Source of the DNA: an uncultured cyanobacterium
Lineage (GTDB): Bacteria; Cyanobacteriota; Cyanobacteriia; PCC-9006; JAAUQQ01
Assembly (NCBI GenBank): GCA_963718615.1
Contig: OY970368.1
Span: 1,504,001-1,568,000 of the forward strand
Length of the DNA stretch: 64,000 nt
Reading direction: 5' to 3'
In this document: positions 1 through 9,468 of the stretch, piece after piece
Layout: the number at the start of each line of letters is the position of its first letter
How positions within the stretch are numbered: the first letter of the stretch is position 1
Made by a program: the position numbers and the translations under genes
The notes under the pieces: model-generated
Database searches by the model: none
What the model was told of the DNA's origin: nothing
What the model saw: the letters and a program-made list of their open reading frames with translations, nothing else

Positions 1-698
1 TGAGATTCTACTTCAGTGGTCTCACGCACCAAGGAAGAAGTCACCAACGAACCGTGCATTGCGGAGAACAAGCTTCCACCGAAGACGCCAGCCACACCGA
101 GCATGTGGAAGGGGTGCATCAGAATGTTGTGCTCAGCCTGGAACACGAACATGAAGTTGAACGTACCGGAAATACCCAGGGGCATACCGTCAGAGAACGA
201 ACCTTGACCAATGGGGTACACGAGGAAAACGGCACTCGCTGCTGCTACAGGTGCAGAGTAAGCAACGCAAATCCAAGGACGCATGCCGAGGCGGTAGGAG
301 AGTTCCCACTCACGACCCATGTAGGCAAAGATGCCGATGAGGAAGTGGAACACCACCAATTGGTAAGGGCCACCGTTGTACAACCACTCATCTAGAGAAG
401 CTGCTTCCCAGATGGGGTAGAAGTGCAGGCCAATGGCGTTGGAAGAGGGCACAACCGCACCAGAGATGATGTTGTTGCCGTAGAGCAAGGAGCCAGCAAC
501 AGGCTCACGGATGCCGTCAATGTCGACGGGGGGAGCTGCAACAAAGGCGACGATGAAGCAGACGGTCGCTGCGAGCAGCGTGGGGATCATCAGGACGCCG
601 AACCAACCGATGTAGACCCGGTTATTCGTGCTGGTGACCCACTCACAAAACTGCTGCCACACCGACGCGCTTTCGCGACGTTGAATCGTGGTAGTCAT
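1..698 (-). CDS. psbA: Photosystem II D1 protein, 5' part (runs off the window start)
   Basis: Manual minus-strand translation from ATG 698: [42 protein letters not shown]...[13 protein letters not shown]...[37 protein letters not shown]. Not in the ORF track because no stop lies in the window. Confidence 0.98.
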   Translation of the reverse strand, partial: MTTTIQRRESASVWQQFCEWVTSTNNRVYIGWFGVLMIPTLLAATVCFIVAFVAAPPVDIDGIREPVAGSLLYGNNIISGAVVPSSNAIGLHFYPIWEAASLDEWLYNGGPYQLVVFHFLIGIFAYMGREWELSYRLGMRPWICVAYSAPVAAASAVFLVYPIGQGSFSDGMPLGISGTFNFMFVFQAEHNILMHPFHMLGVAGVFGGSLFSAMHGSLVTSSLVRETTEVES

Positions 699-751
699 TT
701 CTTATGATTCCTTAATGGATGATGAGTGAACACTTCGTTCGCTCTGCACAT

Positions 752-780
752 ACATTAGCAAGGTTCTAAAGTTTTGTAAA
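752..780 (-). promoter_or_regulatory. psbA promoter (-35 TTTACA, 17 bp, -10 TAATGT) with an overlapping HLR1-like repeat
   Basis: Minus strand reads TTTACAAA-AC-TTTAGAAC, resembling the RpaB HLR1 motif; AAGGA Shine-Dalgarno at 709-713. Confidence 0.6.
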
Positions 781-822
781 CAAAGTTTGCTAAACCTAAC
801 GACTGATTTCTCATAAAACCTT

Positions 823-860
823 AAAAAATAAGGGGCTCAACCCCTGCGAGTCTAGCCCCT
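823..860 (-). terminator. Possible intrinsic terminator after the HIT gene
   Basis: AGGGGCT...AGCCCCT inverted repeat (831-860) followed by a T-rich tract on the minus strand; the loop is large. Confidence 0.4.
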
Positions 861-918
861 AAGTCCTTTCTGGCCATTGCATCAACGACAGCAGGAATTG
901 TTAAGTTGTGCAAAACGA

Positions 919-1305
<387 letters not shown>

Positions 1306-1346
1306 TTATCCATGGCTGCTATCCATGGCTGCCTGTGGGGAGAGTG

Positions 1347-1943
1347 TCAATGGGAAATTGACTCGGAACCAATATTGGGAGACAGGGCCAGTTGAGTGGC
1401 ACCTGCTTGCATCTGGATCATCTCCGCCTCTGTCCAGACCCGAGGACCCCGGCATTGATGGGCGACGAGGAGTCCCCAGAGGGTATTGGGCTTCGTCAAC
1501 ACAGGAACCACAAGGTTGGCTTTGACTTGGATACTGTGGAGAAATTCAAGGTGGCAATCGCGGAGGTTGGCGGCATCAACGTCGGCAGTCGCTTTCACCC
1601 GCCCCTCCAGATACATTTGGGCATAGTCCTGATTAAAACAGTCATCTGCACCGGTCATGCCGACGATCGACAAAGACGCATCACTGAGGGATTCGAAGGT
1701 CACTTGACCTCTCCACCGCCGATAGAAGTAGTAGAGAACGACGCGATCGCTTTGCAGCTCTTGCCGCAGTTGCTCAATCACATGATAGACCAGCTCGTCT
1801 TGGGAAAGTTTCTGAGAAAGGCGTTGGACCATCCGCTGTAGTCCCGGTTGAGAGGATCCGAGGGGAAGTTGTTTCTCTAAGCCAGGCGTGTTTTTAGGTT
1901 CGTTTTGAGGCATGGACAGGGGATGGGAAGGCTCAGGAGGCAT
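1347..1943 (-). CDS. Stand-alone GAF domain protein
   Basis: LQSDRVVLYYF, DDCF, CHLEFL and VKANLVVPVL...LWGLLVAHQC motifs of cyanobacterial GAF domains. Confidence 0.85.
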   Translation of the reverse strand: MPPEPSHPLSMPQNEPKNTPGLEKQLPLGSSQPGLQRMVQRLSQKLSQDELVYHVIEQLRQELQSDRVVLYYFYRRWRGQVTFESLSDASLSIVGMTGADDCFNQDYAQMYLEGRVKATADVDAANLRDCHLEFLHSIQVKANLVVPVLTKPNTLWGLLVAHQCRGPRVWTEAEMIQMQAGATQLALSPNIGSESISH

Positions 1944-2031
1944 GGAAAAAACGGATAGATTGCATCAATGGGGCGCATTGTTTTTAGTGTAGTGCAGCGG
2001 ATCAAACCCGGCAGACTCAAAACCGGCAGAC

Positions 2032-3087
2032 TCAAAATCTGGTTCCCCGATACAGCCGCTGCTGTCGCTGGGCCAACCGTCGCGCGAATTGGGGTAAATC
2101 GCCCCGCCGCCCCATGACAATGAGTGTATCTCCTTCATGTAAAAATACTTCGGGACTCGGGTGAATCACCATTTGCCCATCCGCCCGCCGCAAGGCCACG
2201 ACAATAAATGAATTCTGTCCCCGCACTTCCACCGTGCCGATGCTTGCCCCTGCTAGCTCCGACTGCGGCGTAATCGGCAGCTCATCTAGTTGAACATGCA
2301 CCTGGGAGAGAATCTCATTCAAACTGGATAAGCTGTTGCTGGTATCCAAAAAATCTAGAGAAGCAGGATGGGTAATGAGGTGGGCCATGCGGGTTGCGCC
2401 GATCGCTGCGGGCAATACCACCCGATTGGCCCCCGCTTGTAGCAGCTTCTTCTCCGTGGACGATTGCTCTCCCCTCGCCAAAATCATGAGCTGTGGATTG
2501 AGATCCCGAGCCGTCAGCGTAATAAATACATTGAGCGCATCATTGGGTAGCACCGTCGCCAGAGCGGTTGCGCGGGCAATCCCCGCGTCTTGCAAAATCC
2601 GTTCATCCGAGGCATCGCCCAAACGCACCAAATAGCCCAGGGCTTGGGCCTGCTCAATGCGTCCCTCATCCCGGTCCACTACCACAAACTGCTGTTTGGC
2701 CTCCACCAATCGTCGGGCCAAGAGCACCCCCATTCGTCCAAACCCGCAGATAATCACATGGCGATTTAACTGTTCAATGTCCCGCGTCATCCGTCTTGCC
2801 CCCAAGGCGCGATTGATTTCTCCTTCCGTCACCATCTGCAAAAAACCGCCCACGATATAAACCGCTGAAGAGGTTCCTGCGATGATGACAAACATCGTAA
2901 AAAGCCGCAGTTCGGGGCTGAGAATCGGCTTGACTTCCCCATAGCCCACTCCAAAAATCGTAATCACGACCATGTAGATGGCTTCCATCCAGGTCCAGCC
3001 CGCCAGCCGATAGCCTGCCACCGCAATCAGCAACGTCAATACAAAAAAGACCGCACCCACAAGGATGCGCTGAAGCGAAGTCTTCAT
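2032..3087 (-). CDS. Potassium channel with TrkA-N/TrkA-C (RCK) domains
   Basis: TIFGVGYGEV pore filter and HVIICGFGRMG Rossmann motif; ATG 3087 preferred over 3153. Confidence 0.9.
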   Translation of the reverse strand: MKTSLQRILVGAVFFVLTLLIAVAGYRLAGWTWMEAIYMVVITIFGVGYGEVKPILSPELRLFTMFVIIAGTSSAVYIVGGFLQMVTEGEINRALGARRMTRDIEQLNRHVIICGFGRMGVLLARRLVEAKQQFVVVDRDEGRIEQAQALGYLVRLGDASDERILQDAGIARATALATVLPNDALNVFITLTARDLNPQLMILARGEQSSTEKKLLQAGANRVVLPAAIGATRMAHLITHPASLDFLDTSNSLSSLNEILSQVHVQLDELPITPQSELAGASIGTVEVRGQNSFIVVALRRADGQMVIHPSPEVFLHEGDTLIVMGRRGDLPQFARRLAQRQQRLYRGTRF

Positions 3088-3324
3088 AGGCAGGGCGGAC
3101 CCCAGCAGGGTCAAGGACAGGGTCGAGAACGGATACAGGAGGGACGATGGCAATCATGCTCCCTATGGTGCAGCAAAGGCCCTGGGCGATCGCGTATCTA
3201 AAGTTACTAAAGCAAGTTACTCAAGCAAAACTCCCCTAAAATTAAGACCGTGGTTGAGGGTAAGGGTTTTGGGATCGCTTAGGAGATAATAGAAAGCACG
3301 TTATTACTGCGCTGCCATTCTTCT

Positions 3325-4536
3325 ATGAGTCCGAACTTTCAATCCCTGGCCGATCGCTACAAAACGGCACTTCTAGAAGATGTTTTGCCTTTTTGGCAGC
3401 AGCATTCGTTGGACCAGGAATTTGGGGGATATTTTACCTGTCTCGATCGCGCAGGTCAGGTGTTTGATACGGATAAGTTTATCTGGTTGCAAAATCGGCA
3501 GGTGTGGCTGTTTTCAATGTTGTTTAATCAACTGGAGCCGCGCCAAGATTGGCTAGCCATGGCGAGTCATGGGGCGGAGTTTTTGGCGAAGCATGGGCGG
3601 GACGGGGTAGGAAATTGGTATTTTGCCCTCGATCGCCAGGGTCAGCCGCTGGTTCAGCCCTACAACATTTTTTCGGACTGTTTTGCAGCGATGGCCTTTA
3701 GCCAGTATGGGCGGGCGTTGGGTTCGGTACCGGGATTAGAGGGGGAAGCGGAGGGGGCGAAGGCGATCGCCCTCCAAGCCTACGAAAATGTCCTCCGTCG
3801 CCAGGACAATCCCAAGGGGCAATACAGCAAAGCCTATCCGGGAACTCGCCCGATGAAGTCCTTGGCGGTGCCGATGATTTTGGCGAATTTGACCCTGGAG
3901 ATGGATTGGCTGTTGTCGGGCGAACAGTTAGACGAGGTGTTGGACCAGACGGTGCGAGAGGTGATGACGGATTTTTATAGGGGCGATCGGGGTCTGCTGT
4001 TTGAAAATGTGGCTCCGGATGGGTCAAGAATCGATTGTTTTGAGGGGCGGTTGATTAATCCAGGCCATGGAATTGAAGCGATGTGGTTCATCATGGAAAT
4101 TGCCCAGCGGCGACAGGATCTGGTCTTGATTGAGGAGGCGATCGATCGGGTGATCAATATTTTGAAGTTTGGCTGGGATGAGCAATATGGCGGTATTTTC
4201 TATTTTCTGGATGGGGAAGGACGTCCGCCCCAGCAATTGGAGTGGGATCAAAAGCTGTGGTGGGTCCATCTAGAAACGCTGGTGGCGTTGGCGATGGGAT
4301 ATCGGTTAACGGGTCGGCAAGATTGCTGGGCTTGGTATGAAAGGGTGCATGACTATACCTGGAATCATTTTGCGGATCCGGCGCAGGGGGAATGGTTTGG
4401 TTATCTCAATCGGCAGGGAGAAGTGTTGCTGAACCTCAAGGGAGGGAAGTGGAAAGGATGTTTTCATGTGCCTCGGGCGCTGTATTTATGTTGGCAGCAG
4501 TTTGAGGCTTTGGACCAGATTCAAACGTCTCGTTAG
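3325..4536 (+). CDS. N-acylglucosamine 2-epimerase (AGE family)
   Basis: [28 protein letters not shown] and WKGCFHVPR motifs. Confidence 0.93.
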   Translation: MSPNFQSLADRYKTALLEDVLPFWQQHSLDQEFGGYFTCLDRAGQVFDTDKFIWLQNRQVWLFSMLFNQLEPRQDWLAMASHGAEFLAKHGRDGVGNWYFALDRQGQPLVQPYNIFSDCFAAMAFSQYGRALGSVPGLEGEAEGAKAIALQAYENVLRRQDNPKGQYSKAYPGTRPMKSLAVPMILANLTLEMDWLLSGEQLDEVLDQTVREVMTDFYRGDRGLLFENVAPDGSRIDCFEGRLINPGHGIEAMWFIMEIAQRRQDLVLIEEAIDRVINILKFGWDEQYGGIFYFLDGEGRPPQQLEWDQKLWWVHLETLVALAMGYRLTGRQDCWAWYERVHDYTWNHFADPAQGEWFGYLNRQGEVLLNLKGGKWKGCFHVPRALYLCWQQFEALDQIQTSR

Positions 4537-4554
4537 AGGTTGCTTTCGACTCAG

Positions 4555-6042
4555 CTATTTAGGGGGAAGCAGGCGAGCACGCTGTTGAACAGTGGTATCA
4601 ATTCTCCGCAATATATTTGCACCCAGGGTGTAAGCGTATAGGCTGGCTGGCTCAAATTGAAATCGCACCCCCTTATATAAAAAGTTATTATCCCTAACGG
4701 TTCGACTCGTGATTAAAATTGGCTGGGATACACCAGGGTTCTTCTTGACGAATGCTATACAGTTTTCAAGCTCAGCGTGTGAATTATAGGGACGGTCACT
4801 CCACTTAACTTCGACCATCCAGGATGGTGATTGGTGTGCTTGATCTAAATGGACAATATCAATTTCTCCTTTATCCCAGCGAGCATAGTAAAGCTCAATG
4901 ACTTTGCTATGTTGCCACTGGCTAAAAATAGCAGTTTCTGTCAGCGCCCCCATAGCTTCAGAGTTTATTTCTAGCTGTCCAAACAAAGCTGCCCGCATAG
5001 ATGGATTAGTCAAATAGACTTTGAAGCACATTGCCCTCTTGAATCGCTTTGCATTTTGATCAATTCTCTCAACACGGCGGATTAAGAACGCAGCTTCTAG
5101 ATATTCGAGATAACGCTTAATGGTATTCTTGGCCACACCAGAGGATTTTGACAACCCTTCTAAACTCACTTCGTTACCAGAGTTATACGCCAAAGTCGTG
5201 AAAAGTCTATTCAGTTCTTGGATGTCGCTAATCCCATAAAGACTGGGCAAATCTCGCAGCAAAACTTTATCAATAATGTCGCTTTTAATATACTGACCAG
5301 GGTTTTGCCGAATCGTTTCTGAAAAAACTGCTTCTGGATATCCACCGAAATTTAGATAGTTGACAAATTCATCATTTAATTCCTTAATATTTCGAGATAA
5401 ATATTTGTATTTTTGCGGAGCATATTCATAGTCTTCCTGATCATACAACTCAGATAGAATTAGTTCATCTTCTTTTTCGATGAACATCAAATATTCAGCA
5501 AACGTTAGTGGAGGTAAAACATAATCACTGAATCGACCAGCTCCGGATTCAGTACTTTTCAGGCGTAGTGCAGCTGCGGCAGAGCCTGTAGCAATGAAAC
5601 GGTAGCGAGGAAATGAGTCAACGAGGGACTTAAGATGGATTTCCCATTCACGCAAATACTGAATTTCGTCAAAAAAAACAAAGAGCTTTGAATCACGTTC
5701 ATGATTAAATAACTCTTGAAAATAACTGAGTATTCGCTCTAAAGCCAGTCCGGTATAGATCGGGGTTTCGAGGGACACATATAAAACTTTTCTGGCGTTA
5801 ACACCAGAATCTAAGAGCATCCGAATACTGTGATAGACCATGACCGTCTTACCGACACGCCTCGGTCCCATGAGAACGATTGCTCTATTTATACTTGCAT
5901 CTAGAATATTCTGAGAGAAAGCCTCAAAGTACTTTCGCCGTGGTGTCTCCTCGTAGAGGATCTTTCCTTTAGCACCGTCCTCCCACCAAGGATTATCAAA
6001 TTGAAGGCGAGATATGATGTCTTCTTTGGCGATCTCAAGCAT
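4555..6042 (-). CDS. AAA_14/DUF4143 family ATPase with HTH and PD-(D/E)xK-like C-terminus
   Basis: Walker A GPRRVGKT, Walker B FFDEIQ, TGS, GGYPE, HTH-like SLEGLSKSSGVAKNTIKRYL and EIDIV...VEVKWS. AT-rich with no HIP1 site seen. Confidence 0.9.
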   Translation of the reverse strand: MLEIAKEDIISRLQFDNPWWEDGAKGKILYEETPRRKYFEAFSQNILDASINRAIVLMGPRRVGKTVMVYHSIRMLLDSGVNARKVLYVSLETPIYTGLALERILSYFQELFNHERDSKLFVFFDEIQYLREWEIHLKSLVDSFPRYRFIATGSAAAALRLKSTESGAGRFSDYVLPPLTFAEYLMFIEKEDELILSELYDQEDYEYAPQKYKYLSRNIKELNDEFVNYLNFGGYPEAVFSETIRQNPGQYIKSDIIDKVLLRDLPSLYGISDIQELNRLFTTLAYNSGNEVSLEGLSKSSGVAKNTIKRYLEYLEAAFLIRRVERIDQNAKRFKRAMCFKVYLTNPSMRAALFGQLEINSEAMGALTETAIFSQWQHSKVIELYYARWDKGEIDIVHLDQAHQSPSWMVEVKWSDRPYNSHAELENCIAFVKKNPGVSQPILITSRTVRDNNFLYKGVRFQFEPASLYAYTLGANILRRIDTTVQQRARLLPPK

Positions 6043-6046
6043 GGAT

Positions 6047-6144
6047 CTAAGATTAGAGCTCTAATCTTAGCTTAGTCAAAACAAGTACTAGAGTCAATCG
6101 ATTAATCTTAACTTTGCAATCTTAATCTTGTAATCTTAACTTTG
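6047..6144. promoter_or_regulatory. 24-bp perfect palindrome plus AATCTTA repeat array (candidate operator)
   Basis: CTAAGATTAGAGCTCTAATCTTAG at 6047-6070; TAATCTTAACTTTG at 6103-6116 and 6131-6144. Confidence 0.55.
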
Positions 6145-6205
6145 GAACTAGGCTTCGGCACGACTGATACAACCTAATTAGATCAATCGTTCTATTCCGA
6201 TTGCG

Positions 6206-7195
6206 TTAAGCTATCCCCTCCGTTCGAAACCAATCCACGGCATCAGCCACCGCTTCGCGAATTGACGACTGTGGCAACCCCAACGCTGCGATCGCCTTCC
6301 CCGCATCGTAATACATTCGCTGTGACGACATCCGCACCCCATCCAACGGTACCGTCGGGTCATACCCCAGTTTAGCCAGCAACTTTTCTTCTGTCCAAGC
6401 CACCGCCAGCGGTAGCCACAGCGGTACTGTCGTCTGCGGAGCAGGTAGGCCCGTTACTTCTCCCAGCAACTCTAGTAACGCCTTCAGGGAAGTATTTTGA
6501 TGCCCCAGAATATACCGCTCTCCCGATCGCCCCTTTTGTAACGCCAACCAATGGCCCATCGCCACATCCCGCACATCAATCAAGTTTAACCCCGTATCCA
6601 CATAGGCCGGCATCTGTCGTCGCAAAAACCGCAGAATAATATCCCCCGTTGGTGTCGGCTTTAAATCCCGAGGACCAATCGGCGTTGAAGGATTCACAAT
6701 CACAATATCCTGCCCCGCCTGAGCCGCTTTGACGGCTTCCTGTTCCGCCCAGTATTTGGATTTTTTGTAATCGCTGATCAACTTTTCCGGTGGTGATTGA
6801 TAGGCTTCATCCGTAATCTGACCATCGCCGCGCACCCCGATCGCCGCCACAGAACTCGTATAGACGGTCCGTTCAATGCTGCCAGCCTCTTTTGCTGCTG
6901 CAAGGACATTGCGGGTGCCGAGGACATTGGCTGCTTGGAGGTGGGGGCGATCGCGCTGCCACAAGGAATACAACGCCGCCACATGGAAACAATACCGACA
7001 GCCTTTCATCAACTCCGCTATTTTCGGATCATTGAGCGACCCTTTGACAATTTCTATATCCAATCCAGCCAAGTTGCTCAGGTCACTTTCAGGCCGTACC
7101 AGTGCCCGAACCAAGCAGCCTTGTTCCAGCAACAACCGTACTAAATTTGCACCCACAAACCCAGTAGAACCTGTGACGAATACCCGATCATTCAT
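6206..7195 (-). CDS. hpnA: Hopanoid-associated sugar epimerase (extended SDR)
   Basis: VTGSTGFVG, YKKSK and VNPSTPIGPRDLKPTPTG motifs. Confidence 0.88.
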   Translation of the reverse strand: MNDRVFVTGSTGFVGANLVRLLLEQGCLVRALVRPESDLSNLAGLDIEIVKGSLNDPKIAELMKGCRYCFHVAALYSLWQRDRPHLQAANVLGTRNVLAAAKEAGSIERTVYTSSVAAIGVRGDGQITDEAYQSPPEKLISDYKKSKYWAEQEAVKAAQAGQDIVIVNPSTPIGPRDLKPTPTGDIILRFLRRQMPAYVDTGLNLIDVRDVAMGHWLALQKGRSGERYILGHQNTSLKALLELLGEVTGLPAPQTTVPLWLPLAVAWTEEKLLAKLGYDPTVPLDGVRMSSQRMYYDAGKAIAALGLPQSSIREAVADAVDWFRTEGIA

Positions 7196-7261
7196 TTGTC
7201 TTTGCTTATTCCCTCGTGATCCGATTCTACACCCAGGAGAATGATGTGTTGTTTCTTTATG

Positions 7262-7573
7262 CTATAAAGCGTTGATCTTGTCGGTCAGATGCTGATCGTG
7301 AAACAGGTCTATTCCTACCGCTGACTTGATTAAATAGAGCAGGATTGCCAAACTCAGACTGACAAACACATTCAGACTAATTAATAAAAATGCCGCAACC
7401 AGTCCATTCACGACTCGCTCCGTCCCCGTGAGTTGGCGATCGCGACTCTTCTCCCGTCGCTCTTTCCCCATCAACAAAACTACATAATAGCGAGACACCA
7501 AAAGATTGATCCCAAACCGGACATCCAACACCTTATTTTTAGTATCCGTATCTGTCAGAGGGCCGTCTGTCAT
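7262..7573 (-). CDS. Small membrane hypothetical protein
   Basis: ATG 7573 overlaps the upstream stop (ATGA); DVRFGINLL...YYVVLLMGKERR...LYLIKSAVGIDLF. Confidence 0.7.
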   Translation of the reverse strand: MTDGPLTDTDTKNKVLDVRFGINLLVSRYYVVLLMGKERREKSRDRQLTGTERVVNGLVAAFLLISLNVFVSLSLAILLYLIKSAVGIDLFHDQHLTDKINAL

Positions 7574-8016
7574 ACCAACCACCCTAGGGCCAAAGCCCCG
7601 CCCCACCAGAACGTCAATAAATATCGCCAAATTTGTGCAGGACCCCGCCGTTGCCACAGTTGAGACGTAAACGCCAGTAGGTTCAACAACAACATGCCCA
7701 AAAACCACAGCAGAAGCAGCGTCATCGCCCATTGAGACGGTGCATTCCAGGGAGAGATCGCCTCCCAAGGCCCTGGCCAAGGCCGACGGGCTACGGCAAC
7801 CCACAGCAGCAGGGTGAGGCCAAGATTAGACAAGAAGATCGATTCAGTTGTCGTCCAAACAATATACAGGAGGACGAGGAACGTGGCGATCGCCAAGCCC
7901 TCAGGAGCCTCAAACAGCCGCAAGAGCCATCCCCCCGCGAAGCAACCCAGCGGAGCCAAAACCAGGCCGATTTGACCGAGGAAAAGAGCAGGGTATTTTT
8001 TTGCAGAAAGCTCCAT
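7570..8016 (-). CDS. Hypothetical integral membrane protein
   Basis: Several hydrophobic helices; co-oriented downstream of aroF. Confidence 0.65.
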   Translation of the reverse strand: MELSAKKYPALFLGQIGLVLAPLGCFAGGWLLRLFEAPEGLAIATFLVLLYIVWTTTESIFLSNLGLTLLLWVAVARRPWPGPWEAISPWNAPSQWAMTLLLLWFLGMLLLNLLAFTSQLWQRRGPAQIWRYLLTFWWGGALALGWLV

Positions 8017-8093
8017 GCAACCCCATGAGACTGAATCAACGCCCCTAGCCTAGACAATCGCAGCGGGTCTCCCCAGTGGGGAATTACGGACGT

Positions 8094-8966
8094 TTAGACA
8101 GTGGCGAGTTGGCGATCGCGAGGGGATGCGGAGGGGGCTTGGGCAATCGACCGACCGAGGGCCGCAGCAAGGGGACGCAGGCTTTCGATCAGGTCGGCCA
8201 TGGCTTCGAGGGACAGGGTTTGTTGGGCATCGGAAATGGCTGCGTCGGGGCGAGGGTGACATTCAATGATCAGACCATCGGCTCCAGCGGCGATCGCAGC
8301 CTTGGCCAGACCTGCCACGAGGTCACGCCGTCCGGCAGCATGGCTAGGATCAACGATGACCGGTAAATGGGTGAGCTGTTTGAGGGCGACAACGGCACCG
8401 AGGTCTAGAACATTGCGGGTGTAGGTGTCGAAGCTGCGAATCCCCCGTTCGCAAAGAACCACGTTGGGGTTGCCATGGCTGGCGATATATTCTGCGGCCA
8501 TGATGAATTCTTCCAGCGTGGCGGCAAGACCCCGCTTGAGCAAAATCGGTTTGTCGGTTTCGCCGAGGGCCTTGAGCAGGTCGAAGTTTTGCATATTGCG
8601 GCTGCCCACTTGGAGCATATCGGCGGCATCGGCGAGGGTTTCAATTTGGGAAATCGCCATGACCTCGGTGACGACCGGTAAGCCTTGGCGTTGGCGAACC
8701 TGACGGACAATCTCCAGTCCCGGTGCGCCTACACCTTGGAAGTCGTAGGGAGAGGTGCGGGGCTTATAGATACCGCCACGCAAGGCTTGAATGGGGGCGG
8801 GTTTGAGGGTTTGGGCGATTTCTTCCATGATCTCAAGGCTTTCGATCGCGCAGGGACCCGCAGCGATGAAGAGTTCTGGGCCACCGATGAGGATGCTGTC
8901 GCTGAGGGCGATCGGGGTGGTGGGGTGGGTAGGGGTGGGTTTGCTGACGAGGGGTGCGGGTTTCAT
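8094..8966 (-). CDS. aroF: DAHP synthase (type I-beta), short form without the N-terminal regulatory domain
   Basis: AGPCAIES, KPRTSPYDFQG, GSRNMQNF, LLKRG, LCERGIR and DPSHAAG motifs; 290 aa. Confidence 0.95.
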   Translation of the reverse strand: MKPAPLVSKPTPTHPTTPIALSDSILIGGPELFIAAGPCAIESLEIMEEIAQTLKPAPIQALRGGIYKPRTSPYDFQGVGAPGLEIVRQVRQRQGLPVVTEVMAISQIETLADAADMLQVGSRNMQNFDLLKALGETDKPILLKRGLAATLEEFIMAAEYIASHGNPNVVLCERGIRSFDTYTRNVLDLGAVVALKQLTHLPVIVDPSHAAGRRDLVAGLAKAAIAAGADGLIIECHPRPDAAISDAQQTLSLEAMADLIESLRPLAAALGRSIAQAPSASPRDRQLATV

Positions 8967-8978
8967 GGTTGTGTTCTC

Positions 8979-9010
8979 GGTGATGGGGTAGTGGGGTGAT
9001 GGGGTGATGG
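8979..9010. repeat. Short tandem octamer repeat (GGGGTGAT-like)
   Basis: GGTGATGGGGTAGTGGGGTGATGGGGTGATGG in the aroF 5' UTR. Confidence 0.7.
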
Positions 9011-9035
9011 AAAAACTGGGGAGGGCTGGGGCATT

Positions 9036-9063
9036 AAAAAACCGCAGCCCTTGGACTGCGGTT
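9036..9063 (-). terminator. Intrinsic terminator in the aroF leader (attenuator)
   Basis: Minus strand AACCGCAGTC-CAAG-GGCTGCGG-TTTTTT, about 70 nt upstream of the aroF ATG. Confidence 0.85.
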
Positions 9064-9097
9064 CACCTGGAGAGTTTTGGGTATCAGCGCTTAGCGC

Positions 9098-9151
9098 TCA
9101 CTCCAGGTGAACCTCCATAAACCAAAAAAAGTAAAACTTGTTAGAAAACAT
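9098..9151 (-). CDS. Putative aromatic-rich leader peptide MFSNKFYFFWFMEVHLE
   Basis: ATG TTT TCT AAC AAG TTT TAC TTT TTT TGG TTT ATG GAG GTT CAC CTG GAG TGA: six consecutive aromatic codons directly before paired helices and a terminator. No clear SD. Confidence 0.72.
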   Translation of the reverse strand: MFSNKFYFFWFMEVHLE

Positions 9152-9229
9152 GATGGGTGCGGGTTTGGGTTGACTTTTCGCCAAAATGAAAATTCTTGTG
9201 CCGGGACAATCGCTAATGTCCTTGTCTGT

Positions 9230-9259
9230 AAGGTAACAACTGTTTTTGGCAATTGTCAA
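9230..9259 (-). promoter_or_regulatory. Sigma70-type promoter for leader-aroF
   Basis: TTGACA (9259-9254), 18-bp spacer ending in TGT, then TACCTT (9235-9230). Confidence 0.65.
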
Positions 9260-9468
9260 ACGTTTGATCGGTCTTAATTTGGGGCTAATTCACGCTAGCG
9301 CCTCAGAGTCCTTGCATGAAAGCGATTTAGCAACTCTTCAGCAAACCCTGTAGCCAAGCTCAGGGTTCTCTCATCTTTCCCTAGGACCCTGCGGCTACAT
9401 TAAAGCCATCGCATGAGAGCTATCGCATTAGCCCACCCACCCCAACCACTTGAAATCAGCTAAGACCC

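Noticed and set aside
16-707. Plus-strand ORFs at 16-207, 54-395 and 423-707
   Set aside because: Antisense shadows of psbA.
9091-9150. Alternative leader frame CFLTSFTFFGLWRFTWSER
   Set aside because: No start codon in that frame downstream of the predicted promoter.
8952-9166. 12-bp repeat AAACCCGCACCC before the leader ATG and at the aroF start
   Set aside because: Short and low-complexity; no mechanism can be supported.
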